The position numbers were made by a program, and so were the translations under genes. A DNA stretch of 36,627 nt from Rhabdochlamydiaceae bacterium. Its GTDB lineage: Bacteria > Chlamydiota > Chlamydiia > Chlamydiales > Rhabdochlamydiaceae. The notes below the pieces were generated by a model. The model was not told the origin of the DNA, ran no database searches, and saw nothing but the letters and a program-made list of their open reading frames with translations. Within the stretch, counting starts at the first letter, position 1. Every line of letters begins with the position of its first letter. Below are positions 8,548 to 17,277 of the stretch, in pieces. Location: contig JBGPMV010000001.1 of NCBI GenBank assembly GCA_041487155.1, positions 1 through 36,627 of the forward strand, read 5' to 3'.

Positions 8548-10332
8548 ATGCCCTTGTATACAAAAGAAAGCCTCGATCTTTTAAGGCAAAGAATTGACCT
8601 GCCGGAAGTGGTAGGATCGTATCTGGCATTGAAGAAGGCCGGATCGTCGTACAAAGCTTTATGTCCTTTTCATGAGGAGAAGACGCCTTCATTCATGATC
8701 AATAGGGGCGATACCCATTACCATTGTTTTGGCTGCGGGGCGCATGGGGATGCGATTGCTTTTTTGATGAACTTTCAGAAGCTGGGATTTGTAGAGGCAA
8801 TTGAATCTCTAGCAGAACGGTTTGGGGTGGTTTTAGAAAGGATCCAGCAAGTCGAGATGACAGGTCCTTCTAAGATGCTTTTGAGGGATGCAGTTGAGCT
8901 TGCTTCGCAGTTTTACCATTATTTGCTTCTTTATTCAGAGGAGGCAGCCCCGGCTCTTAAATATCTTTATGAGAGGGGAATCGATCAAGAGTTCATTCAG
9001 CAGTTTCAGGTGGGGTATGCGCCTCGAGATCGCAAAGCGCTGCAAAAACTTCTGCATAGCAGAGGCTTTGCAGATATCGTTTTAGAAAAAGCGGGACTAG
9101 TCTCGGTTTCTGAGCAGGGGGCTAATCGTGATTTTTTCTCGGAGAGGATCACGTTTCCAATACGGGATGGAGTCGGGCATGTCATCGGATTTTCTGCACG
9201 CAAGTTCAAAGAAGAGACGTTTGGGGGTAAATATATTAATACATCCGAGACGCCTCTTTTTAAAAAGTCGCAGGTGCTTTTTGGACTGAGCTACTCGCGC
9301 AAGAAGATCATGAAGGAGAAAAAAGCTCTTATTGTTGAGGGGCAGATCGATTGTTTAAGGCTGATCCGGGAGGGGTATGATTGGGCTGTTGCAGGGCAGG
9401 GAACTGCCTTTGGCGAAGGACATGTGCGGGAGCTTGTGCAGCTGGGGGTTCAATCGGTTTATTTAGCGCTCGATGCCGATACGGCAGGAGAGGAAGCGGC
9501 TGTCAAAATTGGAGACCTCTTTCAGAAAAAAGGAATCGAGGTGTGGGTAGTACAGCTGCCAAGCGGACAAGATCCCGATGCGATCTTACGGAAAAAAGGT
9601 CCTCAGTTTTTTGAAAATCTTATAAGGCAGCCGCTTGATTATTTAACTTTTCTTGTGCAGAAGTTTTCTAAGACGTTCCGTATAGAGACTCCTGCGGGCA
9701 AGCAGCAGCTTGCCCAGGAACTGATTCAGAGAATACGGAGTTGGGATCAGCCTGTGCTCATTCATGAAAGCTTGCGTAAGCTTGCAGAGCTTTTAAAGCT
9801 GCCGCAAGAAGTTATTAATATGGGTCCCATGCCTTCGATGATCATGAAGCGCGAGGGGCATGTAACGCAAGATTATGTCGATGCTGATAAGATTTTAGAA
9901 ACCGATCTTCTTCGTCTTTTGTTTTTTTCAGGTGCGGGGTCAGAAGCGCTTGTTGAAACGGCAAAAAAGAATCTGACTCCGAATCAGCTTAAGGTTCCGA
10001 TGTGCCGCCGTCTTTTTGAGCTGGTTTTACAAGGTTCCGAAGAGGGTCATAAAATCGATTTGCTGACCTGTGCCGGAGGTCTTGAGCAAGAAGAGGAAGG
10101 AGATCTTGTTTTAGAGATGATGAAGCGAAAAATCAATCCGGAAAAAGCTAAAGCGACGCTCCAGTTTACTTTGAAGCGCATCTTAGAAAGAAATTGGCTG
10201 GAAGAGCGTGAGAGAATCAAGCTTGCGCTGCACAGCGGCACGCTTACCGAAGACGAAGCGCTCGAGCTTGCCAAGCAGTTCGATCTCTTGAAGAAACAAG
10301 TCCCCGCAATCACTCTTGATGCTGAGGCATGA
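8548..10332 (+). CDS. dnaG: DNA primase
   Basis: Zn finger CPFHEEKTPSF...CFGC; KYINTSETPLFKK; TOPRIM IVEGQID, LDADTAG, GQDPD. Start moved from 8455 to ATG 8548 (MPLYTKESLD). Confidence 0.97.
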   Translation: MPLYTKESLDLLRQRIDLPEVVGSYLALKKAGSSYKALCPFHEEKTPSFMINRGDTHYHCFGCGAHGDAIAFLMNFQKLGFVEAIESLAERFGVVLERIQQVEMTGPSKMLLRDAVELASQFYHYLLLYSEEAAPALKYLYERGIDQEFIQQFQVGYAPRDRKALQKLLHSRGFADIVLEKAGLVSVSEQGANRDFFSERITFPIRDGVGHVIGFSARKFKEETFGGKYINTSETPLFKKSQVLFGLSYSRKKIMKEKKALIVEGQIDCLRLIREGYDWAVAGQGTAFGEGHVRELVQLGVQSVYLALDADTAGEEAAVKIGDLFQKKGIEVWVVQLPSGQDPDAILRKKGPQFFENLIRQPLDYLTFLVQKFSKTFRIETPAGKQQLAQELIQRIRSWDQPVLIHESLRKLAELLKLPQEVINMGPMPSMIMKREGHVTQDYVDADKILETDLLRLLFFSGAGSEALVETAKKNLTPNQLKVPMCRRLFELVLQGSEEGHKIDLLTCAGGLEQEEEGDLVLEMMKRKINPEKAKATLQFTLKRILERNWLEERERIKLALHSGTLTEDEALELAKQFDLLKKQVPAITLDAEA

Positions 10333-10351
10333 AGAGGCAGCAAAGGCTTTG

Positions 10352-10630
10352 TTAGGCGATCCTTATTTCCAGTTGTTTTCCCAAGGCAGATACAGCCATG
10401 GCAAGAGACTTTAGACTACAAGTTCGTTCTGGGTCAAGAATGCGATTCACAGCAGCACGACTTGTATGCATCCTTTTTGCCAGCTGAGTCTTTGTAAGCT
10501 TTTGCTTTTTTAACTCTTTTTCAAGCTGAAAGGAGAGGACTCTTTTGATTGCTTCAGCATTGCATTCTTCATAAATCCCTTCTTCTTTGAGAAAATCATC
10601 AAAACTTGAACCTCTGTGCTTGTTTTTCAT
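10352..10630 (-). CDS. XRE-family HTH antitoxin (HigA-like)
   Basis: HRGSSFDDFLKEEGI N-terminus and HTH LTKTQLAKRMHTSRAAVNRILDP; ATGA overlap with the upstream toxin. Confidence 0.88.
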   Translation of the reverse strand: MKNKHRGSSFDDFLKEEGIYEECNAEAIKRVLSFQLEKELKKQKLTKTQLAKRMHTSRAAVNRILDPERTCSLKSLAMAVSALGKQLEIRIA

Positions 10631-10989
10631 TTTCTCCCCTCTTCTTTCTTGTACTTTTTAGCTCTTTTTCTGGCTAGGTCTAATTCATCAATAGGTGTCT
10701 TCTGAATCTTTTTTATTAATCCATTAAGAAGTACAATTTCGCCTTTTGACATCATGAAAATTATTCTAGCTATGCCATGCAAAATATGAGAACGCACTTC
10801 CCATAAGCCCCCTCCTAAACTTCGAACCAAGGGCATTCCCAACGGCCATCCAATTTGAATAGTTCTCAAATCATCTCCTATCCTTTTGCGATCTTCTTTG
10901 GTTAGGGATAAAAGCCATTTTTTAACCGGTTCGTTGTAGCTACCTTCTTCTTTATAGAAGACTACTGGAATGGGTTCGCAATCATTCAA
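10627..10989 (-). CDS. RelE/HigB (Gp49-like) type II toxin
   Basis: NEPVKKWL...GWPLGMPLVRSLGGGLWEVRS...ARIIF...LLNGLIKKIQKTP..ELDLARKR; toxin-first (HigBA) order. Confidence 0.88.
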   Translation of the reverse strand: MNDCEPIPVVFYKEEGSYNEPVKKWLLSLTKEDRKRIGDDLRTIQIGWPLGMPLVRSLGGGLWEVRSHILHGIARIIFMMSKGEIVLLNGLIKKIQKTPIDELDLARKRAKKYKKEEGRK

Positions 10990-11014
10990 TGAGGCCTCTC
11001 TTTAAGGTTGGGAT

Positions 11015-11038
11015 GAGTGTATCAGAACTGATACACTC
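11015..11038. promoter_or_regulatory. Probable antitoxin operator
   Basis: Perfect inverted repeat GAGTGTATCAG-AA-CTGATACACTC, 25 nt upstream of the toxin start. Confidence 0.7.
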
Positions 11039-11132
11039 TTCACAAGAGTTAACTTTGGCTAAGAGCGGATTAAACCGACTAAATTTGCATAAGATATTAT
11101 GTAAGAAGGATATGCAGGATAAATCTCTATCA

Positions 11133-11413
11133 TTATTCTTGAATCTGACTAAAGTCGAGCAGAGTCGAAAAATACCCAAACACTTTTTGCAGAAGCGCGA
11201 GGCGGTTAGCGCGCAGTTTGGGATCGTCGGCTAAGATTTTGACGTGGTCAAAAAGATCTGCAAGGGGAGGTTGGAGCTTTGCAAGAAGCTCATAGGCTGC
11301 TGTGTACCTTTTTTCTGAGAGAAGTGAATGCCATTTTTCATGCACGGCTTCTAAAGCTTTGAGGAGATGCTTTTCTGAAGGCTCGGTTGCAAGGGAGGGG
11401 TTGAAGAGGGCCT
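11133..11413 (-). pseudogene. Duplicated 3' end of glyQS (direct repeat of 13154-13433)
   Basis: 11134-11413 vs 13154-13433: 280 bp, offset 2020, 7 substitutions, no indels; frame intact to its own TAA. Confidence 0.95.
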
Positions 11414-11446
11414 TTTTTGCTTTCTCTATCGAAGAGTTCGCAGATT

Positions 11447-12373
11447 TTACAAAGCAATCCTTAACCGACGTTGGTTCACCACTTCAAAGTACCTATCCTG
11501 GCGGTCTTTTGATAGAAAACTCTCTGATAAAAGATTATCTAAGTCAGAAAAAGCATTCTTGAATATCTGAACTTCTTCCATCAAGATTTGTTCAGAAAGC
11601 CCTAACCTTTCTTTTCCAAAATAATCAAATAAATCAAAGTAGTTAAGTCTGTTTTTTTTACCATTTAAAGGAAGCGCCAGTTCTTCTTGAGTGCTCAGAA
11701 TAATGGTCGAATTGACCAAATCATAAGCTGGGCTCAGCTCAACTTTGCCCTCACGCCTTATTAATGAAAAATTTTTCAGATGGGCATCTTCGTTTCCCAC
11801 TAAAAAATTAAAAATGGTCAAGCGGAACAACTTCCTTTTTTCAAGCAGTGGAAATGTACAGTGCTTATTGAGCATAGGAATCAATTTCTCCATGCTAGCT
11901 TCATATTTGGTATCTCTAGAAAAACCCATTAACTGAGAGAAATCTTCAACTGCTACCTTGCGACCTCGCGGCAACCGATCGAAACGTCTGATAAAATATG
12001 TCAAGGATCCATCACGGTTGTAAATCATGCCATGCAAAGGAACTTCCAAGCCGACAAGGCTTGCTAGTCTCATTGTGAAGTCTTCATTTTGAGGTAGTTC
12101 ATCGAAAATTTGATGAGGAGGTTTAAAAATAAATGTCCCTCCTTTTTCCACCAGTTCAAATTCACCCTTTGCCACATACAGCTTAACGCTTAATTTAGGC
12201 TGCACTCCTTGGATAGATATTTTAGAAGCCTGTTGAAGAGCAAGCTCTCTTTGTTCTTTTGCTGTAAACGGGAAATCATGAAGTTCTTGAAGTTTTGGAG
12301 AAAGAAGCTTCAGTCCCATTGCTGAATATTTAACATTGCCGCATAAACGATAGGTGATCGGACATCGGTTCAT
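11447..12373 (-). CDS. hipT: HipT/HipA-family Ser/Thr kinase toxin
   Basis: Gly-loop KISIQGVQPKLS; IFKPP; YFIRRFDR; EDFSQL; catalytic GNEDAHLKNFSL; LSPAYDLV. Lacks the HipA N-terminal subdomain, which is encoded separately. Confidence 0.9.
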   Translation of the reverse strand: MNRCPITYRLCGNVKYSAMGLKLLSPKLQELHDFPFTAKEQRELALQQASKISIQGVQPKLSVKLYVAKGEFELVEKGGTFIFKPPHQIFDELPQNEDFTMRLASLVGLEVPLHGMIYNRDGSLTYFIRRFDRLPRGRKVAVEDFSQLMGFSRDTKYEASMEKLIPMLNKHCTFPLLEKRKLFRLTIFNFLVGNEDAHLKNFSLIRREGKVELSPAYDLVNSTIILSTQEELALPLNGKKNRLNYFDLFDYFGKERLGLSEQILMEEVQIFKNAFSDLDNLLSESFLSKDRQDRYFEVVNQRRLRIAL

Positions 12374-12681
12374 TCGCTAGCCTCGATGGTCACATTCCCA
12401 ACTACATCTTGTCCTACAGCGATCAGCTGACCCATCAGATCATCTCTATCTATTTTGGTCTGACGCAGGAGCCCATCCAACATGATACCCTCTGGAAGAA
12501 GCCCTTCAAAAAAAGGTGGAAATCGATCATAAACATAGACTAACTGGCTGACTGGCATCTCTAAAGAAACTGAAGGTCCTTTGTAAGTAGGTTTGTATTC
12601 GAAACGGTATTGCTTACCCTTCTCAATCTCTTGCAGTTCACCTGCTAAATGACCGTCGACAAACACTCTAGCCTTTCTCAT
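12370..12681 (-). CDS. hipS: HipS antitoxin (stand-alone HipA N-terminal domain)
   Basis: LAGEL...YRFEY...VSLEMP...FPPFFEGLLPEG...VGQDVVGNVTI; ATGA overlap with the kinase. Confidence 0.88.
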   Translation of the reverse strand: MRKARVFVDGHLAGELQEIEKGKQYRFEYKPTYKGPSVSLEMPVSQLVYVYDRFPPFFEGLLPEGIMLDGLLRQTKIDRDDLMGQLIAVGQDVVGNVTIEASE

Positions 12682-12916
12682 TTAGGTGCTCCTCAAAAAG
12701 ATTCATCAGGGGACTTTGAAAATCGATTCGGATGTTTAGAACTTCTAGTATTTTTAACAAAGAACTCACTTTAACGGTTATTTTTCCCTTTTCAAGATCG
12801 AACACGACCGTTTTTCCGAGCCCTGCCAAATGGGCTAATTCTTTTTGGGTCAATCCACTTTTCTTTCGATGAAACCGAATCAGCTGACCCATGGTCTTTG
12901 TAGTGGAAAATCTCAT
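12668..12916 (-). CDS. hipB: HipB-like HTH regulator
   Basis: MGQLIRFHRKKSGLTQKELAHLAGLGKTVVFDLEKGK XRE HTH; first gene of a three-gene overlapping operon. Confidence 0.88.
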   Translation of the reverse strand: MRFSTTKTMGQLIRFHRKKSGLTQKELAHLAGLGKTVVFDLEKGKITVKVSSLLKILEVLNIRIDFQSPLMNLFEEHLNEKG

Positions 12917-12921
12917 GATAT

Positions 12922-13010
12922 TTACCGCCCTATCAGTAATTCTACTAGGTTTTCTCTATTTAAATCTAGTCATATGGTAAAAACAGTTATTTTTACTGTT
13001 GTAGCGGTGT
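12922..13010. promoter_or_regulatory. Candidate HipB operators (18-bp TTACYG-N6-CRGT)
   Basis: TTACCGCCCTATCAGTAA (12922-12939) and TTACTGTTGTAGCGGTGT (12993-13010), plus a half site TGGTAA ending at 12980. Confidence 0.5.
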
Positions 13011-13152
13011 TTTTAAACAAATTTAATCATAAATATCTGTATATAAGTTAATTGCATATCCGTCTTATTTGGCACAATTGTTAATAAACTCATGGCCTAC
13101 GCTAAGCTTTTTCGTGTTGCGCAGATCTTAAAGCCCATCATGGAGACTATTA

Positions 13153-16100
13153 CTATTCTTGAATCTGACTAAAGTCGAGCAGAGTTGAAAAATACCCAAA
13201 CACTTTTTGCAGAAGCGCGAGGCGGTTAGCGCGGAGTTTGGGATCGTCGGCTAAGATTTTGACGTGGTCAAAAAGATCTGCAAGGGGAGGTTGGAGTTTT
13301 GAAAGAAGCTCGTAGGCTGCTGTGTACCGTTTTTCTGAGAGAAGTGAATGCCATTTTTCATGCACGGCGTCTAAAGCTTTGAGGAGATGCTTTTCTGAAG
13401 GCTCGGTTGCAAGGGAGGGGTTGAAGAGGGCCTCGACTGTGTGGGAGAGTTGTCCCTTGGCTCTTTTATAAACTTCAAATAGATCTTTGAACGCGGGGGT
13501 TTTGCGGAATGCGTGCAGCGCTTTGACTTGGCAGAACTGATCATAGGGATCGATACAGAGGGATCGAAGCGAGGCATCGATCTCATCTTTTTTAAATCCG
13601 ACTTCTTCAAAGACGCCTTTTGCCCGCGCGGTGATGAATTTTAAGATCTCTTCGATGAGCGGGGATGAGAAGGAGGTATAAAGTGTGCTGCAACGAGAGA
13701 GGAGCTCTTTGAGGTCTAGGCTGTAACTTCCTTCGATGAGTATTTTGAGAAGGCCGATGGTTTGGCGGCGGAGGCTGTAGGGGTCGCTGGAAGAGGTGGG
13801 TTTTAATCCGACGGAGTAGTAGCCGAGCAGGTTGTCGATTTTATCGGCAAGGCAGACGATGGTTCCGGTAGCTGAGGTGGGCAGCGGCGCTCCTTCAAAG
13901 CGGGGCATCCAATGCTCTTCGATGGCGCCGGCAACTTCCCGGTCTTCTTTTTGAGCAAGGGCGTAATATTTTCCGATGGTGCCTTGCAGCTCGGGGAACT
14001 CTTTGACGAGAGAGGAGGCAAGATCTGCTTTAGAAAGTAGCGCTGCTCTTTCTGTTTTTTGGGAATCAGCAATGTCTAGTTTTTGATTGATGAGGGGAGC
14101 GATTGCGACAATGCGCATGACTTTTTCAAGGACGGTTCCGAGGTCTTTTTGGAAAACAACGGTGGCGAGTTTTTTGTTAAACGTTTCAAGAGGGATTTTA
14201 ACGTCATGCTCGTAAAGAAAGACACCGTCGGAGAGGCGAGCGGAGAGGACTTTTTGGTTTCCTTCGCGGATGAGGTTGTTAGGTGTGTTGTCGCAGGTGA
14301 TGACGAAGAGGTTTTTGAGATGAGATCCTTCTGCTACAGGGAAATATTTTTGGTGCTCGACCATTTCTGAGGAGAGGACTTCTTTGGGAACTTTTAAGAA
14401 GCTATCCTCAAAGGAAGCTATGGTGAGCTCGGGCCATTCGGCAAGCTGGAGGACTTGCGGGAGCACTTTTTCAACTTCTAGAACTTGGATCTTATGTTTG
14501 GCTTCTAATTTCTCAATTTGGGAAAGGATCGAAGCTTTTCTTTCTTGAACGTCAGCTAGGACTTTGTGGTCTTTGAGTTTGGGAAGATACTCATCGGGAG
14601 ATTTTAAAACGATTTTTCCGGGAGTTCTTTGTGCATGTCCAAAGGTGAAGTTTGAAGCGACGACATCTCCAAAGATAAAAGGGATGACTTCTTTTCCAAA
14701 GAGCGAGACCATCCAATGGACAGGCCTTGCATACGAGACATCGAGCGTGCCCCAGCGCATTTTCTTAGGGAATTCTAAATTGTCAATGAGAGCCGGGAGG
14801 TGTTCTGCTAAAACATGCGCGGTGCTTTTCCCTGTGGTTTTTACGGTAGCAAAAAGATACTCGGTCTCTTTGACTTTTTCGATGCGAAGATGGTTAGATC
14901 TTCCATCGCGGATGGAGGCTAGCGATGAGGCGGGAAGGGAGGCCGATTTTAAAAACCCCTCGCCTTGGGGTGTCCATGCTCCAGTAGAGTCAAAGGCCAT
15001 CGAGACCGGGGGGCCTCGTTTATCTAGGGTTTGGGGAGCAGCGCCTTCTACAAGCCCTTCGACTTTGACGGAGATCCTGCGGGGCGTTCCGTAGGTAGTC
15101 ATGGAGTCAAAGGAGAGCCCTTCTTTTTCAAGAAGATTTTTTAATGCTCGCTCTAAATTTCTCTGTCCAATGGGGACAAATGTTGCGGGAAGCTGCTCGG
15201 AGCCGATTTCCAGGAGAAAATCTCTTTTTTTGCTGCTGTCGAATTTTTTAGATGGTTTTTTGGGCTGCTTGATGGAGGGCAGTTTCATTTTCTGGGTGAG
15301 AGGAAACCCGAGTTTTTCTCGCGAGGCGACATATTCGCCGGCGATCAGGCGGGCAAGGTCCCTGATCCGCCCAATGTAGCCGGTGCGTTCAGTGGTGGAG
15401 ATGACGCCTCTTGCATCGAGAAGATTAAAGGCATGGGAGGCTTTAATGACAAAGTCATAAGCGGGGAGCGGGAGATGGAGGGAGATCAGCCGTTTGGCTT
15501 CTCTTTCAAAATCTCCGAAGTGTTTGAGCCACATCGCCGTTGAAGCTTCGGTAAAATTATAGGCGCTCCATTCGACTTCATTTTGTTTTGAGATGTCGCC
15601 CAACGTCATGGTTTCATTCCAGTGGATGTCCATGATGTTGTCGACATTTTGGATATACATGCAGAGCCGCTCAAGTCCGTAGGTGATCTCGGCAGAGACG
15701 GGTTTTAGAGGCAAGCTTGCCATGCCTTGGAAGTAGGTGAACTGAGAAACTTCCATTCCGTCGCACCACACTTCCCATCCAAGCCCCCATGCTCCGAGAG
15801 TGGGGGATTCCCAGTCGTCATGCACAAAGCGGATGTCATGTTCTTTTAGCTTGAATCCAACAGCTTCCAGCGATTTAAGGTAGAGAGCTTGGGTCTCGGG
15901 GGGAGACGGTTTTAATATCACCTGAAATTGATGAAACAGCTGAAGACGGTTGGGGTTTTCTCCGAAGCGGCTATCAGAGGGTCTGCGGGAGGGCTCGACA
16001 TAGGCGGAGTGATACGGCTCGGGGCCCAGGCATCGAAGAAAAGTGGCGGGGTTGAACGTTCCGGCTCCCGTTTCCAGATCGTGTCCTACATGGATGACGC

Positions 16101-16158
16101 ATCCTTTCTTTTCCCAAAACTTTGTCAAACGGAAAATTAATTCCTGAAATGTGATCAT
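13153..16158 (-). CDS. glyQS: Glycine--tRNA ligase, fused alpha/beta subunits
   Basis: Alpha part [46 protein letters not shown]; beta part [36 protein letters not shown]. The ~1000-aa fusion is typical of chlamydiae. Confidence 0.98.
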   Translation of the reverse strand: MITFQELIFRLTKFWEKKGCVIHVGHDLETGAGTFNPATFLRCLGPEPYHSAYVEPSRRPSDSRFGENPNRLQLFHQFQVILKPSPPETQALYLKSLEAVGFKLKEHDIRFVHDDWESPTLGAWGLGWEVWCDGMEVSQFTYFQGMASLPLKPVSAEITYGLERLCMYIQNVDNIMDIHWNETMTLGDISKQNEVEWSAYNFTEASTAMWLKHFGDFEREAKRLISLHLPLPAYDFVIKASHAFNLLDARGVISTTERTGYIGRIRDLARLIAGEYVASREKLGFPLTQKMKLPSIKQPKKPSKKFDSSKKRDFLLEIGSEQLPATFVPIGQRNLERALKNLLEKEGLSFDSMTTYGTPRRISVKVEGLVEGAAPQTLDKRGPPVSMAFDSTGAWTPQGEGFLKSASLPASSLASIRDGRSNHLRIEKVKETEYLFATVKTTGKSTAHVLAEHLPALIDNLEFPKKMRWGTLDVSYARPVHWMVSLFGKEVIPFIFGDVVASNFTFGHAQRTPGKIVLKSPDEYLPKLKDHKVLADVQERKASILSQIEKLEAKHKIQVLEVEKVLPQVLQLAEWPELTIASFEDSFLKVPKEVLSSEMVEHQKYFPVAEGSHLKNLFVITCDNTPNNLIREGNQKVLSARLSDGVFLYEHDVKIPLETFNKKLATVVFQKDLGTVLEKVMRIVAIAPLINQKLDIADSQKTERAALLSKADLASSLVKEFPELQGTIGKYYALAQKEDREVAGAIEEHWMPRFEGAPLPTSATGTIVCLADKIDNLLGYYSVGLKPTSSSDPYSLRRQTIGLLKILIEGSYSLDLKELLSRCSTLYTSFSSPLIEEILKFITARAKGVFEEVGFKKDEIDASLRSLCIDPYDQFCQVKALHAFRKTPAFKDLFEVYKRAKGQLSHTVEALFNPSLATEPSEKHLLKALDAVHEKWHSLLSEKRYTAAYELLSKLQPPLADLFDHVKILADDPKLRANRLALLQKVFGYFSTLLDFSQIQE

Positions 16159-16166
16159 AGCTTCTC

Positions 16167-16195
16167 ATTGTACCGCAACCGTCAACAGTAGTCAA
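16167..16195 (-). promoter_or_regulatory. Near-consensus sigma66/70 promoter of glyQS (near-leaderless)
   Basis: TTGACT-17 nt-TACAAT, then 8 nt to the ATG. Confidence 0.7.
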
Positions 16196-16279
16196 TTCAG
16201 AGAAAAATAGTTGAAGTGTGCTTGAAAAGAATCAAGAATTTATCCATAGTGGTCTTAAAGTTTTTAACGGAAGAAAAAG

Positions 16280-17200
16280 ATGTTATTCAAATTTCTAGAT
16301 CCCAAAAATGATGTTGCGTTTAAGAAGATTTTTGGCACGGAAAAGAATAAAGACATCCTCATTCATTTTCTCAATGATATGATCACGTTCAGAGAAAATA
16401 AGAAGATCGTTGATATCTCTTTTTTAAAACCTATCCAAGATCCTGAAACGATTTCTAAAAAAACCAGCATCGTCGACATCTTGTGTAAAGATGAAATGGG
16501 AAGCACGTATGTCGTAGAAATGCAAGTTGCTAGAGAAAAAGGTTTTGAAAAAAGAGCTCAGTTTTATGCCTCAAGAGCTTATGTTGCGCAGTCACATAGC
16601 GGAGGAAACTACCCAGCGCTCAAAGAAGTTATCTTTCTAGCCATCACCAACTACATCATGTTTCCCGATAAAAAAGCGTTTAAATCTGACCATGTGGTTC
16701 TAGATAGAGAAACTTATGAAAACGATTTAAAAGATTTTTCATTTACATTTTTAGAACTGCCCAAGTTCACTAAAAAAGTTGGACAGCTGAATAACATGAT
16801 TGAAAAGTGGTCCTACTTTTTTAGGCATGCCGAAGAGACCCCGGAAAAAGATCTCCAAAAACTGATAGGCAACGATCCCATCATCCAAAAAGCCTTTTCT
16901 GAATTAGATCGATTTTCCTGGAATGACCAAGAGCTCCTCACGTATGACCAAGCCGAAAAGTACGAATGGGCCTACCATGCTTCTATGGATCAGAAATTCG
17001 ATGAAGGCATGGAAAAAGGACTAGCACAGGGAAAAGCCGAGGGAAAAGCAGAAGGAGAAAAAGCTGCCTTGTATCGAGTTGTGCAAAGACTTTTAGAACA
17101 AGGTTTAAAAAACCAGCCTATTTGCGAAACTACCGGCCTGTCCGAACAAGAGATCGATAAAATTCGAGGCTCTCTGAATTCATCGGTAAAGCCACGATGA
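16280..17200 (+). CDS. Rpn family PD-(D/E)XK nuclease (recombination-promoting nuclease / putative transposase)
   Basis: LDPKNDVAFKKIFG, VDILCKD...VVEMQV, KRAQFY, FLELPKF; C-terminal GKAE repeats and HTH-like ICETTGLSEQEI. Confidence 0.92.
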   Translation: MLFKFLDPKNDVAFKKIFGTEKNKDILIHFLNDMITFRENKKIVDISFLKPIQDPETISKKTSIVDILCKDEMGSTYVVEMQVAREKGFEKRAQFYASRAYVAQSHSGGNYPALKEVIFLAITNYIMFPDKKAFKSDHVVLDRETYENDLKDFSFTFLELPKFTKKVGQLNNMIEKWSYFFRHAEETPEKDLQKLIGNDPIIQKAFSELDRFSWNDQELLTYDQAEKYEWAYHASMDQKFDEGMEKGLAQGKAEGKAEGEKAALYRVVQRLLEQGLKNQPICETTGLSEQEIDKIRGSLNSSVKPR

Positions 17201-17277
17201 TTCTTTTTCAGAGAAATATTGTTTGAGACTATTCTTCTTTTTGTGGAAAATCATCCGAGCATTATTGTGGAATAGGT

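Larger units (their letters stand above)
11134..13433. mobile_element. Integrase-free islet carrying hipBST, bounded by glyQS 3'-end direct repeats
   Basis: Direct repeats flank only hipB-hipS-hipT and their promoter region; the cargo is visibly AT-richer than glyQS. Confidence 0.7.

Noticed and set aside
11134-11413. glyQS duplicate as a DGR template repeat
   Set aside because: Mismatches are mostly synonymous and not confined to adenines, and there is no RT.
11414-11470. Frameshift fusion of HipT to the GlyRS fragment
   Set aside because: The fragment's frame is open across the hipT stop, but there is no slippery sequence or stimulatory structure.
10982-11562. Short ORFs 10982-11179, 10989-11234 and 11302-11562
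   Set aside because: They overlap the operator, the glyQS duplicate or hipT in other frames and have no SD or recognisable motif.
16280-17200. Rpn gene as an IS element or as the islet's integrase
   Set aside because: No terminal inverted repeats or target duplication seen; it lies ~3 kb outside the repeats; transposase activity is not established for this family.
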